Position numbers and translations under genes: made by a program
Source: Haliotis cracherodii
Taxonomy: Eukaryota
DNA: 64,000 bases
Assembly (NCBI RefSeq): GCF_022045235.1
Contig: NW_027266267.1
Span: forward strand, 30,690,001-30,754,000
Direction of reading: 5' to 3'
Notes under the pieces: generated by a model
Told to the model about the DNA's origin: nothing
What the model saw: the letters and a program-made list of their open reading frames with translations, nothing else
The model's database searches: none
In this document: positions 40,407-53,900 of the stretch, piece after piece
Numbering within the stretch: the first letter of the stretch is position 1
Layout: each line of letters opens with the position of its first letter

Positions 40407-43400
40407 ATCTCACTTCGTACTGCCCTCACGTCAACATCTCGCTTCGTACTGCCCTCACGTCTACATCTCACTTCGTACTGCCCTCACGTCAACATCTCAC
40501 TTCGTACTGCCCTCACGTCAACATCTCACTTCGTACTGCCCTCACGTCAACATCTCACTTCGTACTGCCCTCACGTCAACATCTCACTTCGTACTGCTCT
40601 CACATCTCCATCTCACTTCGAACTGCTCTCATATCTACATCTCACTTCGAACTGCCCTCACGTCAACATCTGACTTCGAACTGCTCTCATATCTCCATCT
40701 CACTTCATACTGCCCTCACGTCTACATCTCACTTCGTACTGCCCTCACGTCAACATCTCACTTCGTACTGCCCTCACGTCAACATCTGACTTCGAACTGC
40801 TCTCATATCTCCATCTCACTTCGAACTGCTTTCATATCTACATCTCACTTCGTACTGCCCTCACGTCAACATCTGACTTCGAACTGCTCTCATATCTCCA
40901 TCTCACTTCGTACTGCCCTCACGTCAACATCTGACTTCGAACTGCTCTCATATCTACATCTCACTTCGTACTGCCCTCACGTCTACATCTCACTTCGTAC
41001 TGCTCTCATACCTACATCTCACTTCGTACTGCTGTCATATCTCCATCTCACTTCGTACTGCCCTCACGTCTCCATCTCACTTCGTACTGCCCTCATGTCT
41101 ACATCTGACTTCGAACTGCTCTCATATCTCCATCTCACTTCGAACTGCTCTCATATCTACATCTCACTTCGTACTGCCCTCACGTCTACATCTCACTTCG
41201 TACGGCTCTCATATCTCCATCTCACTTCGAACTGCTCTCATATCTCCATCTCACTTCGTACTGCTCTCATATCTCCATCTCACTTCGTACTGCTCTCATA
41301 TCTCCATCTCACTTCGAACTTCTCTCATATCTACATCTCACGTCGTACTGCCCTCATATCTACATCTCACTTCGTACTGCTCTCATATCTCCATCTCACT
41401 TCGTACTGCCCTCACGTCTCCATCTCCCGTCTTCCTGTTCTCATATCTACATCTCACGTCTTCCCGTAGTCATGTCTCCATCTCACGTCTTCCCGTAGTC
41501 ATGTCTCTATCTCACGTCTTCCCTTAGTCATGTCTGCATCTCACGTCTTCCCTTAGTCATGTCTGCATCTCACGTCTTCCTGTTCTCATATCTTCATCTC
41601 ACGTCTTCCTGTAGTCATGTCTCCATCTCACGTCTTTCTGTAGTCATGTCTCCATCTCACGTCTTCCCTTAGTCATGTCTCCATCTCACGTCTTCCCTTA
41701 GTCATGTCTGCATCTCACGTCTTCCCTTAGTCATGTCTTCATCTCACATCTTCCTGTTCTCATATCTTCATCTCACGTCTTCCTGTAGTCATGTCTCCAT
41801 CTCACGTCTTCCTGTAGTCATGTCTCCATCTCACGTCTTCACTAAGTCATATCTCCATCTCACGTCTTCCCGTAGTCATGTCTCTATCTCACGTCTTCCC
41901 TTAGTCATGTCTGCATCTCACGTCTTCCCTTAGTCATGTCTTCATCTCACATCTTCCTGTTCTCATATCTTCATCTCACGTCTTCCTGTAGTCATGTCTC
42001 CATCTCACGTCTTCCTGTAGTCATGTCTCCATCTCACGTCTTCACTAAGTCATATCTCCATCTCACGTCTTCCCGTAGTCATGTCTCTATCTCACGTCTT
42101 CCCTTAGTCATGTCTTCATCTCACATCTTCCTGTTCTCATATCTTCATCTCACGTCTTCCTGTAGTCATGTCTCCATCTCACGTCTTCCCTTAGTCATGT
42201 CTCCATCTCATGTCTTCCTGTAGTCATGTCTCCATCTCACGTCTTCCTGTTCTCGTGTCTCCATCTCACGTCTTCCCTTAGTCATGTCTTCATCTCACAT
42301 CTTCCTGTTCTCATATCTTCATCTCACGTCTTCCTGTAGTCATGTCTCCATCTCACGTCTTCCCTTAGTCATGTCTCCATCTCATGTCTTCCTGTAGTCA
42401 TGTCTCCATCTCACGTCTTCCTGTAGTCATGTTTCCATCTCACGTCTTCCTGTAGTCATGTCTCCATCTCACGTCTTCCTGTAGTCATGTCTCCATCTCA
42501 CGTCTTTCTGTTCTCATGTCTCCATCTCACGTCTTCCTGTAGTCATGTCTCCATCTCACGTCTTCCCTTAGTCATGTCTCCATCTCACGTCTTCCTGTAG
42601 TCATGTCTCCATCTCACGTCTTCCTGTTCTCATGTCTCCATCTCACGTCTTCCTGTAGTCATGTCTCCATCTCACGTCTTCCTGTAGTCATGTCTCCATC
42701 TCACGTCTTCCCTTAGTCATGTCTCCATCTCACGTCTTCCTGTAGTCATGTCTCCATCTCACGTCTTCCTGTAGTCATGTCTCCATCTCAAGTCTTCCTG
42801 TAGTCATGTCTCTATCTCACGTCTTTCTGTTCTCATGTCTCCATCTCAAGTCTTCCTGTAGTCATGTCTCCATCTCACGTCTTTCTGTTCTCATGTCTCC
42901 ATCTCACGTCTTTCTGTTCTCATGTCTCCATCTCACGTCTTTCTGTAGTCATGTCTCCATCTCACGTCTTCCTGTAGTCATGTCTCCATCTCACGTCTTC
43001 CTGTAGTCATGTCTCCATCTCACGTCTTCTCTTAGTCATGTCTCCAATTCACGTCTTCCCTTAGTCATGTCTTCATCTCACGTCTTCCTGTAGTCATGCC
43101 TGCATCTCACGTCTTCCCTAAGTCATGTCTCCATCTCACGTCTTCCTGTAGTCATGTCTCCATCTCACGTCTTCCCTTAGTCATGTCTGCATCTCACGTC
43201 TTCCCTTAGTCATGTTTCCATCTCACGTCTTCCTGTAGTCATGTCTCCATCTCACGTCTTCCTGTAGTCATGTCTCCATCTCACATCTTTCTGTAGTCAT
43301 GTCTCCATCTCACGTCTTCTCTTAGTCATGTCTCCATCTCACGTCTTCCTGTTCTCATGTCTCCATCTCACGTCTTCCCTAAGTCAAGTCTCCATCTTAC

Positions 43401-43515
43401 GTCTTCCTGTAGTCATGTCTCCATCTCACGTCTTTCTGTAGTCATGTCTCCAACTCACGTCTTCTCGTAGTCATGTCTACATCTTACGTCTTCCTGTAGT
43501 CATGTCGCCATCTCA
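40407..43515. repeat. 29-bp minisatellite with two sequence domains, ~107 units
   Basis: catctcacttcgtactgccctcacgtcaa up to ~41430, then catctcacgtcttcctgtagtcatgtctc. Confidence 0.98.
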
Positions 43516-44089
43516 CATTACATCTTCTTGTAATGCCCCCCACCTCATGTCAAATCATGTTGGCATGTCTTCATTTCATATCACTAACTAATATAGTGTA
43601 CACTGCTGGCATAGAACATATCTGATTTATTATTATAGATTAAATTAAAACAAAAGGCCAGTTGGTGCTTTAAAGCAGGCTGGTCTGGAGCCTGAGGCGG
43701 AAGTGCCTAATTACCCTTAAACTATAAACTTCATTCATAACGCACGCGCTTAGGTCACGTGATCGCATCGTTCATGTCACATGTGGTATTTTTTCTGTCT
43801 GACATTTTGATAATAGGGCGTGGATTATTTAATTATCTTTTGGAGCGGGCTACTTAACTGTAAATTCAACCCTGGGAGTCGAGTTCCTCGCATACGGCTA
43901 CCGTCACTCTCCCATTTATTGGTGGCTACTGATAATGTCTGTCGCTGTATACATCTCGGTGTGTCTGCTTCTGCGTCCACGTCACACCAACACCAAAAAT
44001 GACATATACTCAATTATGACGATGCGATGTGAACATATAATTATGTCAGTGTGAAACCTTTGCGTTGTGAAGCTTTACAACTCTATTCT

Positions 44090-46900
44090 CCACTCCATAA
44101 TCTAGGTATAGTTCATCTACATGTTCCACTCCATGTTCTAAGTATAGACAGGTCACTCCATGATACTTCATCGAGGTGTGTAACTCCATGTTCTAGGTAT
44201 AGTTCATCTAGATGTGTCCCTCCATGTTCTAAGTATAGTTCATCTAGGTGTGTCACTCCATTTTCTAGGTATAGTTCATCTAGGTGTGTCCCTCCATGTT
44301 CTAAGTATAGTTCATCTAGGTGTGTCACTCCATGTTCTAGGTATAGTTCATCTAGGTGTGTCACTCCATGTTCTAAGTATAGTTCATCTAGGTGTGTCAC
44401 TCCATGTTCTAGGTATAGTTCATCTAGATGTGTCACTCCATGTTCTAAGTATAGTTCATCTAGGTATGTCACTCTATGTTCTAACTGTAGTTCTTCTAGG
44501 TGTGTCACTCCATGTACTTAGTATAGTTTATCTAGGTATGTCACTCTATGTTCTAAGTATAGTTCTTCTAGATGTGTCACTCAATGTTCTGAGTATAGTT
44601 CTTTTAGGTGTGTCACTCTATGTTCTTAGTATAGTTCATCTAGGTATGTCACTCCATGTTCTAAGTGTAGTTCTTCTAGGTGTGTCACTCAATATTCTGA
44701 GTATAGTTCTTCTAGGTGTGTCACTCTATGTTCTTAGTATAGTTCATCTAGGTGTGTCACTCCATGCCACGTACTAAGTTTAGTTCATCTAGATGTGTCA
44801 CTCTATGTTCTTAGTATTTTTCATCTGGGTGTGTCACCCAGTGTTCTAAGTATACTTTATCTAGATGTGTCACTTTATGTTCTTAGTATAGTTCTTGTAA
44901 GTGTGTCACCCAATGTTCTAGGTATACTTTATCTACGTGTGTCACTCCATGTTTTAAGTTTAGTTTATCAAGATGTGTCACTCCATGTCCTAAATATAGT
45001 TCATCTAGGTGTGTCACCCAATGTTCTAAGTATTCTTTATCTAGGTGTGTCACTCCATGTTCTGAGTATAGTTCATCTAGATGTGTCACTCCATGTCCAA
45101 AATATAGCTCATCTAGATGTGTCACTCCATGTTCTGAGTATAGTTCATCTAGATGTGTCACTCCATGTACTAGGTATAGTTCATCTAGGTGTGTCACTCC
45201 ATGTTCTGAGTATAGTTCATCTAGGTGTGTCACTCCATGTTCTGAATATAGTTCATCTAGGTGTGTCACTCCATGTTCTGAGTATAGTTCATCTAGATGT
45301 GTCGCTCCATGCTCTTAGTTGCGTTCATCTAGATGTGTCACTCCATGTACTAGGTATAGTTCATCTAGGTGTGTCACTCCATGTACTAGGTATAGTTCAT
45401 CTAGGTGTGTCACTCCATGTACTAGGTATAGTTCATCTAGGTGTGTCACTCCATGTACTAGGTATAGTTCATCTAGGTGTGTCACTCTATGTTCTTAGTA
45501 TAGTTCATCTAGGTATGTCACTCCATGTTCTAAGTGTAGTTCTTCTAGGTGTGTCACTCTATGTTCTAAGTATAGTTCATCTAGGTGTGTCACTCTATGT
45601 ACTAGGTATAGTTCATCTAGGTGTGTCACTCCATGTACTAGGTATAGTTCATCTAGGTGTGTCACTCCATGTACTAGGTATAGTTCATCTAGGTGTGTCA
45701 CTCTATGTTCTTAGTATAGTTCATCTAGGTATGTCACTCCATGTTCTAAGTGTAGTTCTTCTAGGTGTGTCACTCCATGTTCTAAGTATAGTTCATCTAG
45801 GTGTGTCACTCCATGTTCTGAGTATAGTTCATCTAGATGTGTCACTCCATGTCCAAAATATAGCTCATCTAGATGTGTCACTCCATGTTCTGAGTATAGT
45901 TCATCTAGATGTGTCACTCCATGTACTAGGTATAGTTCATCTAGGTGTGTCACTCCATGTTCTGAGTATAGTTCATCTAGGTGTGTCACTCCATGTTCTG
46001 AATATAGTTCATCTAGGTGTGTCACTCCATGTTCTGAGTATAGTTCATCTAGATGTGTCGCTCCATGCTCTTAGTTGCGTTCATCTAGATGTGTCACTCC
46101 ATGTACTAGGTATAGTTCATCTAGGTGTGTCACTCCATGTACTAGGTATAGTTCATCTAGGTGTGTCACTCCATGTACTAGGTATAGTTCATCTAGGTGT
46201 GTCACTCCATGTACTAGGTATAGTTCATCTAGGTGTGTCACTCTATGTTCTTAGTATAGTTCATCTAGGTATGTCACTCCATGTTCTAAGTGTAGTTCTT
46301 CTAGGTGTGTCACTCTATGTTCTAAGTATAGTTCATCTAGGTGTGTCACTCTATGTACTAGGTATAGTTCATCTAGGTGTGTCACTCCATGTACTAGGTA
46401 TAGTTCATCTAGGTGTGTCACTCCATGTACTAGGTATAGTTCATCTAGGTGTGTCACTCTATGTTCTTAGTATAGTTCATCTAGGTATGTCACTCCATGT
46501 TCTAAGTGTAGTTCTTCTAGGTGTGTCACTCCATGTTCTAAGTATAGTTCATCTAGGTGTGTCACTCTATGTTCTGAGTATAGTTCATCTAGATGTGTCA
46601 CTCCATGTCCTAAATATAGTTCATCTAGATGTGTCGCTCCATGCTCTTAGTATAGTTCATCTAGGTGTGTCACTCCATCTTCTTAGAATAGTTCATCTAG
46701 ATGTGTCACTCCATGTACTAGGTATAGTTCATCTAGGTGTGTCACTACATGTTCTGAGTATAGTTCATCTATGTGTGTCACTCCATGCTCTTAGTATAGT
46801 TCATCTAGATGTATCACTCTCTGTTCTAGGTTTAGTTCATCTGGGTGTGTCACTCCATTTGCTAAGCACAGTTCATCCAGATGTGTCACGCCGTGTTCAA
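44090..46900. repeat. 36-bp minisatellite (tcatctaggtgtgtcactccatgttctaagtatagt)n, ~78 units
   Basis: Tandem units with a 756-bp (21-unit) block duplication. Confidence 0.98.
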
Positions 46901-46986
46901 AATTTAGGTGCTTTCCAGAGTCTTCATTGCCCTGCCGTGTTTCAGGGTATTCCACGGGTATTATCCACAGCCTTGTGTTGTTGCAT
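46791..46986 (-). CDS. Candidate terminal exon overlapping the first units of the 36-bp array
   Basis: GTAAGT donor at 47106-47101 and pyrimidine-rich acceptor tttgatttctttcttctgaag. Open frame CNNTRLWIIPVEYPETRQGNEDSGKHLNFEHGVTHLDEL..IHLDELY* follows. No recognised homology. Confidence 0.25.
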
Positions 46987-47140
46987 CTTCAGAAGAAAGA
47001 AATCAAATTAATTCGTGGTTCTTCCTTGATAATTACATAGTTTCCTGGAGGCATCACTGTCGGCAATACACTTGTCTTTGAATCATCATACAGTACATAG
47101 ACTTACTTATAATACATGTGGAGTAACCGTGATATCCATG

Positions 47141-47412
47141 GGGGCACGGGTGGCACAGTCGTCTAAGGCGCCGCGATCTGCTGTGCAGAGTTGCGTCCCT
47201 TGGCCACGCCAGAAACCTATGATTGTGGGTTTGAATCCCGGTTCGCCCCAATTATGTTTCTAGGTTTGTCAGCATCATACCCGTGCTCGTTGGTTTTACC
47301 GAAGTGGTAAACGTCTGAGACCTTCATCACTTCGGGATTTCCTCCCACATTAAGCTGACACGCCGTGATATAACTAGAATTCTGAAAAAAGCGGCGTTAA
47401 ATCCAACTCACT
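47141..47412 (+). mobile_element. tRNA-derived SINE (third family, widely spaced A/B boxes)
   Basis: A-box tggcacagtcg, B-like gggtttgaatccc, core gtttgtcag..tttcctccca and the shared tail cgccgtgatat..gcggcgttaaa..actcac. Confidence 0.75.
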
Positions 47413-48195
47413 GACGTAATTTCCTACTTGCTCATTTCTTTCTCACGTCAGTTTGTTTTCTTGTGATATTGTGTAATATTTACAGAATACAGCCACATAT
47501 TCTCATGTATATATTTTGCTTTGATTTAAGTTACTAAACAGTTTAGAAATGAATTGCTGGTTTGGTCAGCGTTAAACGTCATTCACACGTGATATCATGT
47601 AGGGAAGGGGGTCACTGACACGTCATACACGTGTACGCTATCCGTGGTATCACGTGAGTTTGGAGTAACAAGATGAAATTTTATGATTAATGTCTAGTAG
47701 TGACCTCCTCAGCGAGTTATGGCGTGTTCGATTGGTTCATTGTGTTACTGTGTATTTTCTATTATGAGATTACAGTTTGGTATTTGCGTAATGAGGATGC
47801 GTCCATCTCAATTTATCAGTCTGCTTCCCGTGTTAGTTGTTTATCCATAGTTAACCTCATAATACGGTAATAAAACTAAAATACTTTTATCGTTTGAAAG
47901 GTCACTGCATATAACTGTCTGTACTGTCACTGTGCATCAATATGAATGTGTGTCTGTCTGTGTGTATGTGAAACGTCCAGATATTCGCTGGTATATATAA
48001 TGCAACCATGGCACGGAGCTAGTTTTAATTTGATTCAGTTTCCTCATTTTCTGGTGACATGTCTTGTATTGAATGAATAGCTTGGTGATACTGTTACGTT
48101 ATTGGTGGAACATGTTAATTATTAATTAGGTTTAAGATTTTTTATCATACATTTTCTAACTTAATTGTTGATATATAAACTGAGTGTCACAACTG

Positions 48196-48532
48196 ACCGC
48201 CTCCGTGGTCTAGTGGTAGAGCGTCCGCCCGGAGAGCGGAAGGTCCGGGTTTCAGAGATGGTACTTGTTGTTGTCCAGTCTTGCTCTGCGTTGAGGGGCT
48301 AAAACAAGGACTGGTCGGCTCGGAGTCCGTATAGTGTGTCTATGTGGGGTATTCGTGTTTAACTGCGGCATGGTATCTCAGTGAACTAGCGCTTTAATTC
48401 GGCATCAGTCTGGACTAGTACAAGTACACACACGCGCGCGCGCGCGTCGCTATATCAGGGCAATAATCTAAGACACGACGTTAAACCCCATTTCACCTCA
48501 CCTCACCTCACCTCACCTCACCTCACCTCACC
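48196..48532 (+). mobile_element. SINE (same family as 29966) with (CACCT)n tail
   Basis: A-box tggtctagtgg, a deletion through the B-box, shared body, about 7 CACCT units. Confidence 0.85.
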
Positions 48533-48949
48533 GTCGAAGGATACAAAACCTCTCATTTTATCCACTGTTTGATTTTAAACTGAAAACGTCGTTAAGTTAG
48601 CCATATTATATCCAAAAGTATAATTGATATATGGTAGTATTTTTTAAAAATAATGTGCTTGAAAACGTTTAAGATTAAGAACAAAAACTTTACATTATAC
48701 ACAGCAGGTGGTGTGTATCTTTGACATCCTATCTTTGAAAATCAATAAATTTGGGTGTGTTTCTTCGACAAAATGTACACTTCAAACATGGTAGGGTCAT
48801 GTGAGTACAAATTCATTCTTTAGTCTTCGTGGAATCAATTTATTTTTCCCAAAGTTTCCTAGCCGCAGATTACCTTTTACAAACAAATGAAGGAATTAGT
48901 CATTGTTATATAGATATAATCAATTATGACTTCAGTTCCTTCAATTTTC

Positions 48950-49001
48950 GCCGCCATATAGTTGGAATATTGCTGAGTGCGGCGTAAAACAACAAACCAA
49001 A
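48950..49001 (+). mobile_element. 5'-truncated retroposon tail with 13-bp TSD
   Basis: tccttcaattttc at 48937-48949 and 49002-49014 flanks gccgccatatagttggaatattgctgagtgcggcgtaaaac. Confidence 0.85.
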
Positions 49002-51269
49002 TCCTTCAATTTTCAATTACATTAATAACTCGATACACCTGCCTTTGCCCCTCAGAGTATTTATGTGTATGGTTTAGTGCTGTCGGTATCATACATTATG
49101 GTGAAATCTGCTTTGTCAAACCCTAAATAACTACATAAATATCTCTGAAGATGTATTCCAAAAGGTTTATATCTTAAACATACAGTTATTTTTTTGTCTG
49201 AATAGGTCTCTGAAATCGGTTTTCTTGGGTTTTTTTAAAGTGTAAGTTTCAGATCCACCGTATTGGACATCGTGCCAACACTGTGAGGAGCTGTGACGTG
49301 GCGGACCGGAAGCGGAATTTATTAAATCGGTGAGAACGCGCACGCAGAATTCACGGCCGTGACAGAGAAACGGACGTTATTGTCAAATCATCAAACCCTC
49401 AGAATGCCTATTTTTTTTCTCATACATAAGATGAGGATAGAATAAAGACACGATCCACAATGTTATCCCATTCTATGACCTTTACATGGCGTTTTAACAC
49501 CTCCGAGTTGGCACTTTTGTGTAGAAAACAGTGTGTCCTGAACACCTGGTGTCATCACTGAGTTTCAGTGACCCGTCCATATCATGTCCACCACTGTGAA
49601 CTATTTAAACCCCATGGAATCTTTTCGGCAGATATTCGCTGAATATTCTCTGGCGTTGACGTTTTGAATCCCAAAGTATGAAAGCTGAATCAGCCATCAC
49701 AAAGACGATTTCATCTTAAAAAGCTAGAATGCAAAATTGTGATGAGGTTCAATCTTCCCATCTTGATGATAAAAGATAGCCATCTGAGATGGTCCCTTCT
49801 CCATGACAGTGTTTGAAACTGTAACATTGTCAGTAGGTGGACGTGTGTTTACATTTACCCGCTCAGCACACGCTCTGATCGAACACACCTGTACACCTGT
49901 AGTTAGTGTTGTTGGGGTGTCAGGTGTAAATATAGCCCCAGCGAGCGTTTACCGGGTGCGAGAACGAAGGGCGCCCACGGTTGAGGGAGATCAGCATTCC
50001 TTGTCTCCGCAATCCATGGCCTGTCGATCTGTACAGCATAAAGCCTGTCACGCAGGCAACGGAAGCTGTTGGTGTGTCCAATCTATGCGTCATGCATTAC
50101 ACAATTATAAATGCACGATGACACTAAAAACATTGCATGGTACCATGTACAGGAATATCAGTTAGCGTACGTTTACATATGCCGGTGTCATCTGAAAACG
50201 TGAGACTCGTTGAAAAGTGACCCCGTGTCATCATTCCACATACAATTTAAATACTCGGGGGTCAGTATTCAATGGAATCTGAGTGTATTTAAATCAACTG
50301 AAAAGTGACTCCGGGTAGTTGGAGTATTTAACACAATTGGGATGTTGAATCATGACAGTTAAACTCTGCAACCCTGTATGTTGACTTCAAGTTTGTTTTG
50401 TAGCCTTCCCGACAGTCCTTTCAGAGTAATGTACCAATGTATTTGCCTTTAACAAGTATTTGTTTTTCAAATTATATGTTTCGATAAACATTACAGTGTC
50501 TAAACGTTCAGGCATAAGAGGGAATGGTTTCAACAGATTTGGATCCATTACATGTTGGTTAGCATTGATGTCAATTCCGCATCAGAACATCGATCACATG
50601 TTTAGATTTACCTGAGACATGCTCATGCAGCAATTGTGTGGTATAAAACAGGCAGATATTTGACATTCGCCTTGATATTTGACATTCGCCTGTTTGATGG
50701 GTTTGTATAAAGTATAGCGTTTAATAACAAAATAAAATTAACTTTAAAAAAGTGTGCATGTGTAAAGGTACATGGAAGGAGATTCAGTAGGTAATTTCTG
50801 TTTAAATACGCGGTGACTACTTGAGTGTAATTCTTGCGCCTTTCTCAAAAACCTAGACTAACATCTAGTCTCTGAAATGAACATGTCGTACTGAAAAAAA
50901 CAGTTGTTCAATTATCTTAATAAAAATATAATAAAAGGGAGCCCAGAGACTCTCTTCATTTTCAGATACTGCAGTAATCTAGACTTGCCTAACATTATAG
51001 ACTTGCATGCGCTGTATTTGATATATATTTGTATCAGGGTCTGTAAGACTATCAAAAACTTTAAAATTCGCTTTGCAAATATGGGATATGGTTTGTTTTG
51101 GTACATTTTTCGTTCGTACCTCTACAGTTAATAAGCATTCGTGATGTGTACCCACGACCAAAAGAAACTTCACCAATGACAAAGTACAATGTATATAGAA
51201 AATAATGTATCCATTATTCAACGTTTTGTAAGTGACCTATGCAGTACCACTCGTCTGGTGGTATTACTG

Positions 51270-51404
51270 GCCCAGACAATCCAGTGATTGACATCATGAG
51301 CATCGATCCAGGCAATTGGGATACGATGACATACACCCGATCCCGTTAGTCGCCTCTTACAAGTAGAGTCGCTCTTTTACAGCAAGCACGGGTCTGCACG
51401 GGTC
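51270..51404 (-). mobile_element. Short retroposon, family of 7722
   Basis: The reverse complement contains gtaagaggcgactaacgggatcggg..gatcgatgctcatgatg..ggattgtctgg. Confidence 0.7.
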
Positions 51405-51780
51405 ACCTGTCCATATAGAACAATATTGTCGTGCGAGTTATGTATATCAAGTCAAACAATGTGTGGGACATTATTTCCACGTTGGGAAGTTGCCTGTGCA
51501 AAGCCTTTTTGCAGAAGTGGTCAACAGGCAACCATTCGTAGTGGATGTTATGGTGCACCGGGGTCTTTAGGGGGATTATTTAACGTAATAAATGGACCCA
51601 AGTTCACTTTTCCACTTTTGAGGGGAGACAAGTCAGAGGTTAGAGTCATTTTTCGACGCAGCAGTAGTCATATTTCAGTGTTTAATAGTGACACCTTTCA
51701 GTTGATCTCACTGTTCAACACTCCACTGGCTTTACTGCTGCATGCATGTGCAAACAATGTCCGTTGCCTAAACATAGTCA

Positions 51781-52150
51781 CACAAGCCTCCACACACAGG
51801 CCTCCACACACACGCCTCCACACACACGCCTCCACACAAAAGCCTCCACACACAAGCCTCCACACACAGGCCTCCACACACAAGCCTTCACACACAAGCC
51901 TCCACACACAGGTCTCCACACACAAGCCTCCACACACAAGCCTCCACACACAAGCCTCCACACACAAGCCTCCACACACAGGCCTCCACACACAAGCCTC
52001 CACACACAAGCCTCCACACACAGGCCTCCACACACAAGCCTCCACACACAGGCCTCCACACACAGGCCTCCACACACAAGCCTCCACACACAGGCCTCCA
52101 CACACAAGCCTCCACACACAAGCCTCCACACACAGGCCTCCACACACAAG
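51781..52150. repeat. 14-bp minisatellite (gcctccacacacaa)n, ~26 units
   Basis: Directly visible. Confidence 0.97.
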
Positions 52151-52724
52151 CTACATAACATTAAGAGAAGGTAATTTGGTGTAGTCCTACTTTACGTATA
52201 CATGTGATCAGGTCGAGAAAAGACACTTTTACGGGGATGGTTGTATTCTATCATTTTGTGATATGGACGCAATCTAAACTGGGTAAAACCTGAGTAATAT
52301 TACAAGCAGGTACGGGTCTGTCACGGTGTGGCTGCCACGGCGTTCTACTTCCTCATACAACCTGACTATCGTGTGACATAGGGCTACCTGGAGGAATGTC
52401 ATAGCGCCTCATTAGCATATATTAAAATGAGTATAGCTTGAGTCACGTGAGGATGGCACTTATCTTTCCAGGAGTTAAAAGCCCTGGTGACACAGATGCG
52501 AGGTCGAAATATGTCCGTTTTCAATATATGCTAATGTTATTCTAACGGACAACTTTTCTATCAGCACAGGCTGAGAATATCCGTGTGATGGACTAAACGA
52601 AAACTGTACTAAGCCGCTACGCCGTTACATTATGTCACAGCATTGATAAAAGGCATGTTCATACTATACAAACCGGAGAAGTGCAGTCAAGGGGAAATGT
52701 GACGAAATCAGGAAACCAACTCAC

Positions 52725-53737
52725 AGGACACTCTGACTACCAAGAAATGTTGTTACCAGGACTCTGTTAACCATCAGGACATTGTTACTACCAGGACATT
52801 GTTATTACCAGGACACTATAACTAGCAGGGCACTATAACTGTCAGGACATTGTCACTACCAGGACACTATAACTGCCGGGACATTGTCACTATCAGAACA
52901 CTATAACTACCAGGACATTGTTACTACCAGGACACTATAACTACCAGGACATTGTTACTACCAGGACAATATAACTACCAGGACATTGTTACTACCAGGA
53001 CAATATAACTACCAGGACATTGTTACTACCAGGACAATATAACTACCAGGACAGTGTTACTACCTGGACACTATATCTACCAGGACAGTGTTACTACCTG
53101 GACACTATAACCACAAGGTCACTATATCTACAAGGACACTATAATTACCAGAACACTATAACTACAAGTACACTATAACTACCAGGACACTATAACTACC
53201 AGGACATTGTCGCTATCGGGACACTTTAAGTACCAGAACACTATAACTACCAGGACATTGTCACTATCAGGTCACTATAACTACCAGGACACTCTAACTA
53301 CCAGGGCATTGTCACTATCAGGACACTATAACTACCAGGACATTGTCACTATCAGGTCACTATAACTACCAGGACACTATAACTACCAGGACATTGTCAC
53401 TACTAGGACACTATAACTACCAGGACATTGTCACTATCAGGTCACTATAACTACCAGGACATTGTCACTACCAGGACACTATAACTACCAGGACATTGTC
53501 ACTACCAGGACACTATAACTACCAGGACATTGTCACTACAAGGACACTATAACTACCAGGACATTGTCACTATCAGGTCACTATAACTACCAGGACACTC
53601 TAACTACCAGGGCATTGTCACTATCAGGACACTATAACTACAAGGGCACTATAACTACCAGGACATTGTCACTACCAGGACACTATAACTACCAGGACAT
53701 TGTCACTATCAGAACACTATAACTACCAGGGCACTAC
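52725..53737. repeat. 17-bp minisatellite with alternating variants (34-bp dimer), ~59 monomers
   Basis: ccaggacactataacta alternates with ccaggacattgt(t/c)acta. Confidence 0.95.
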
Positions 53738-53830
53738 TCACGACCCACTTCACCTTCACTTACCCAACTTATAAACCTTCACTTTCTCATTCTTTTATGT
53801 ACCATTCACTTACTTGTCATTTATCTTGAA

Positions 53831-53896
53831 CCCGTTCAGATCCAGGTAAGCAAAGTTCTAGCATGGCAGCCTATGCTTCTCGTAAAAGGCGACTAA
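53831..53896 (+). mobile_element. Head fragment of the 7722-family retroposon
   Basis: cccgttcagatcc..atgcttctcgtaaaaggcgactaa. Confidence 0.5.
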
Positions 53897-53900
53897 ATTA

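Noticed and set aside
40297-41469. 390-aa ORF
   Set aside because: It is a translation of the 29-bp unit cycling through all three frames; the unit simply lacks stops.
44090-46900. Minus frame TIPSTWSDTPR-TGA as a poly-selenocysteine repeat
   Set aside because: The common ctctatg variant turns TGG into TAG in that frame, and no SECIS was identified.
44795-47011. 738-aa plus-strand ORF (VSLHVLGIVHLG)n as a real protein
   Set aside because: It lies almost wholly in the 36-bp array. Few codons in this frame are one step from a stop, variation is spread over all codon positions, and an indel near 44766 breaks the same register upstream.
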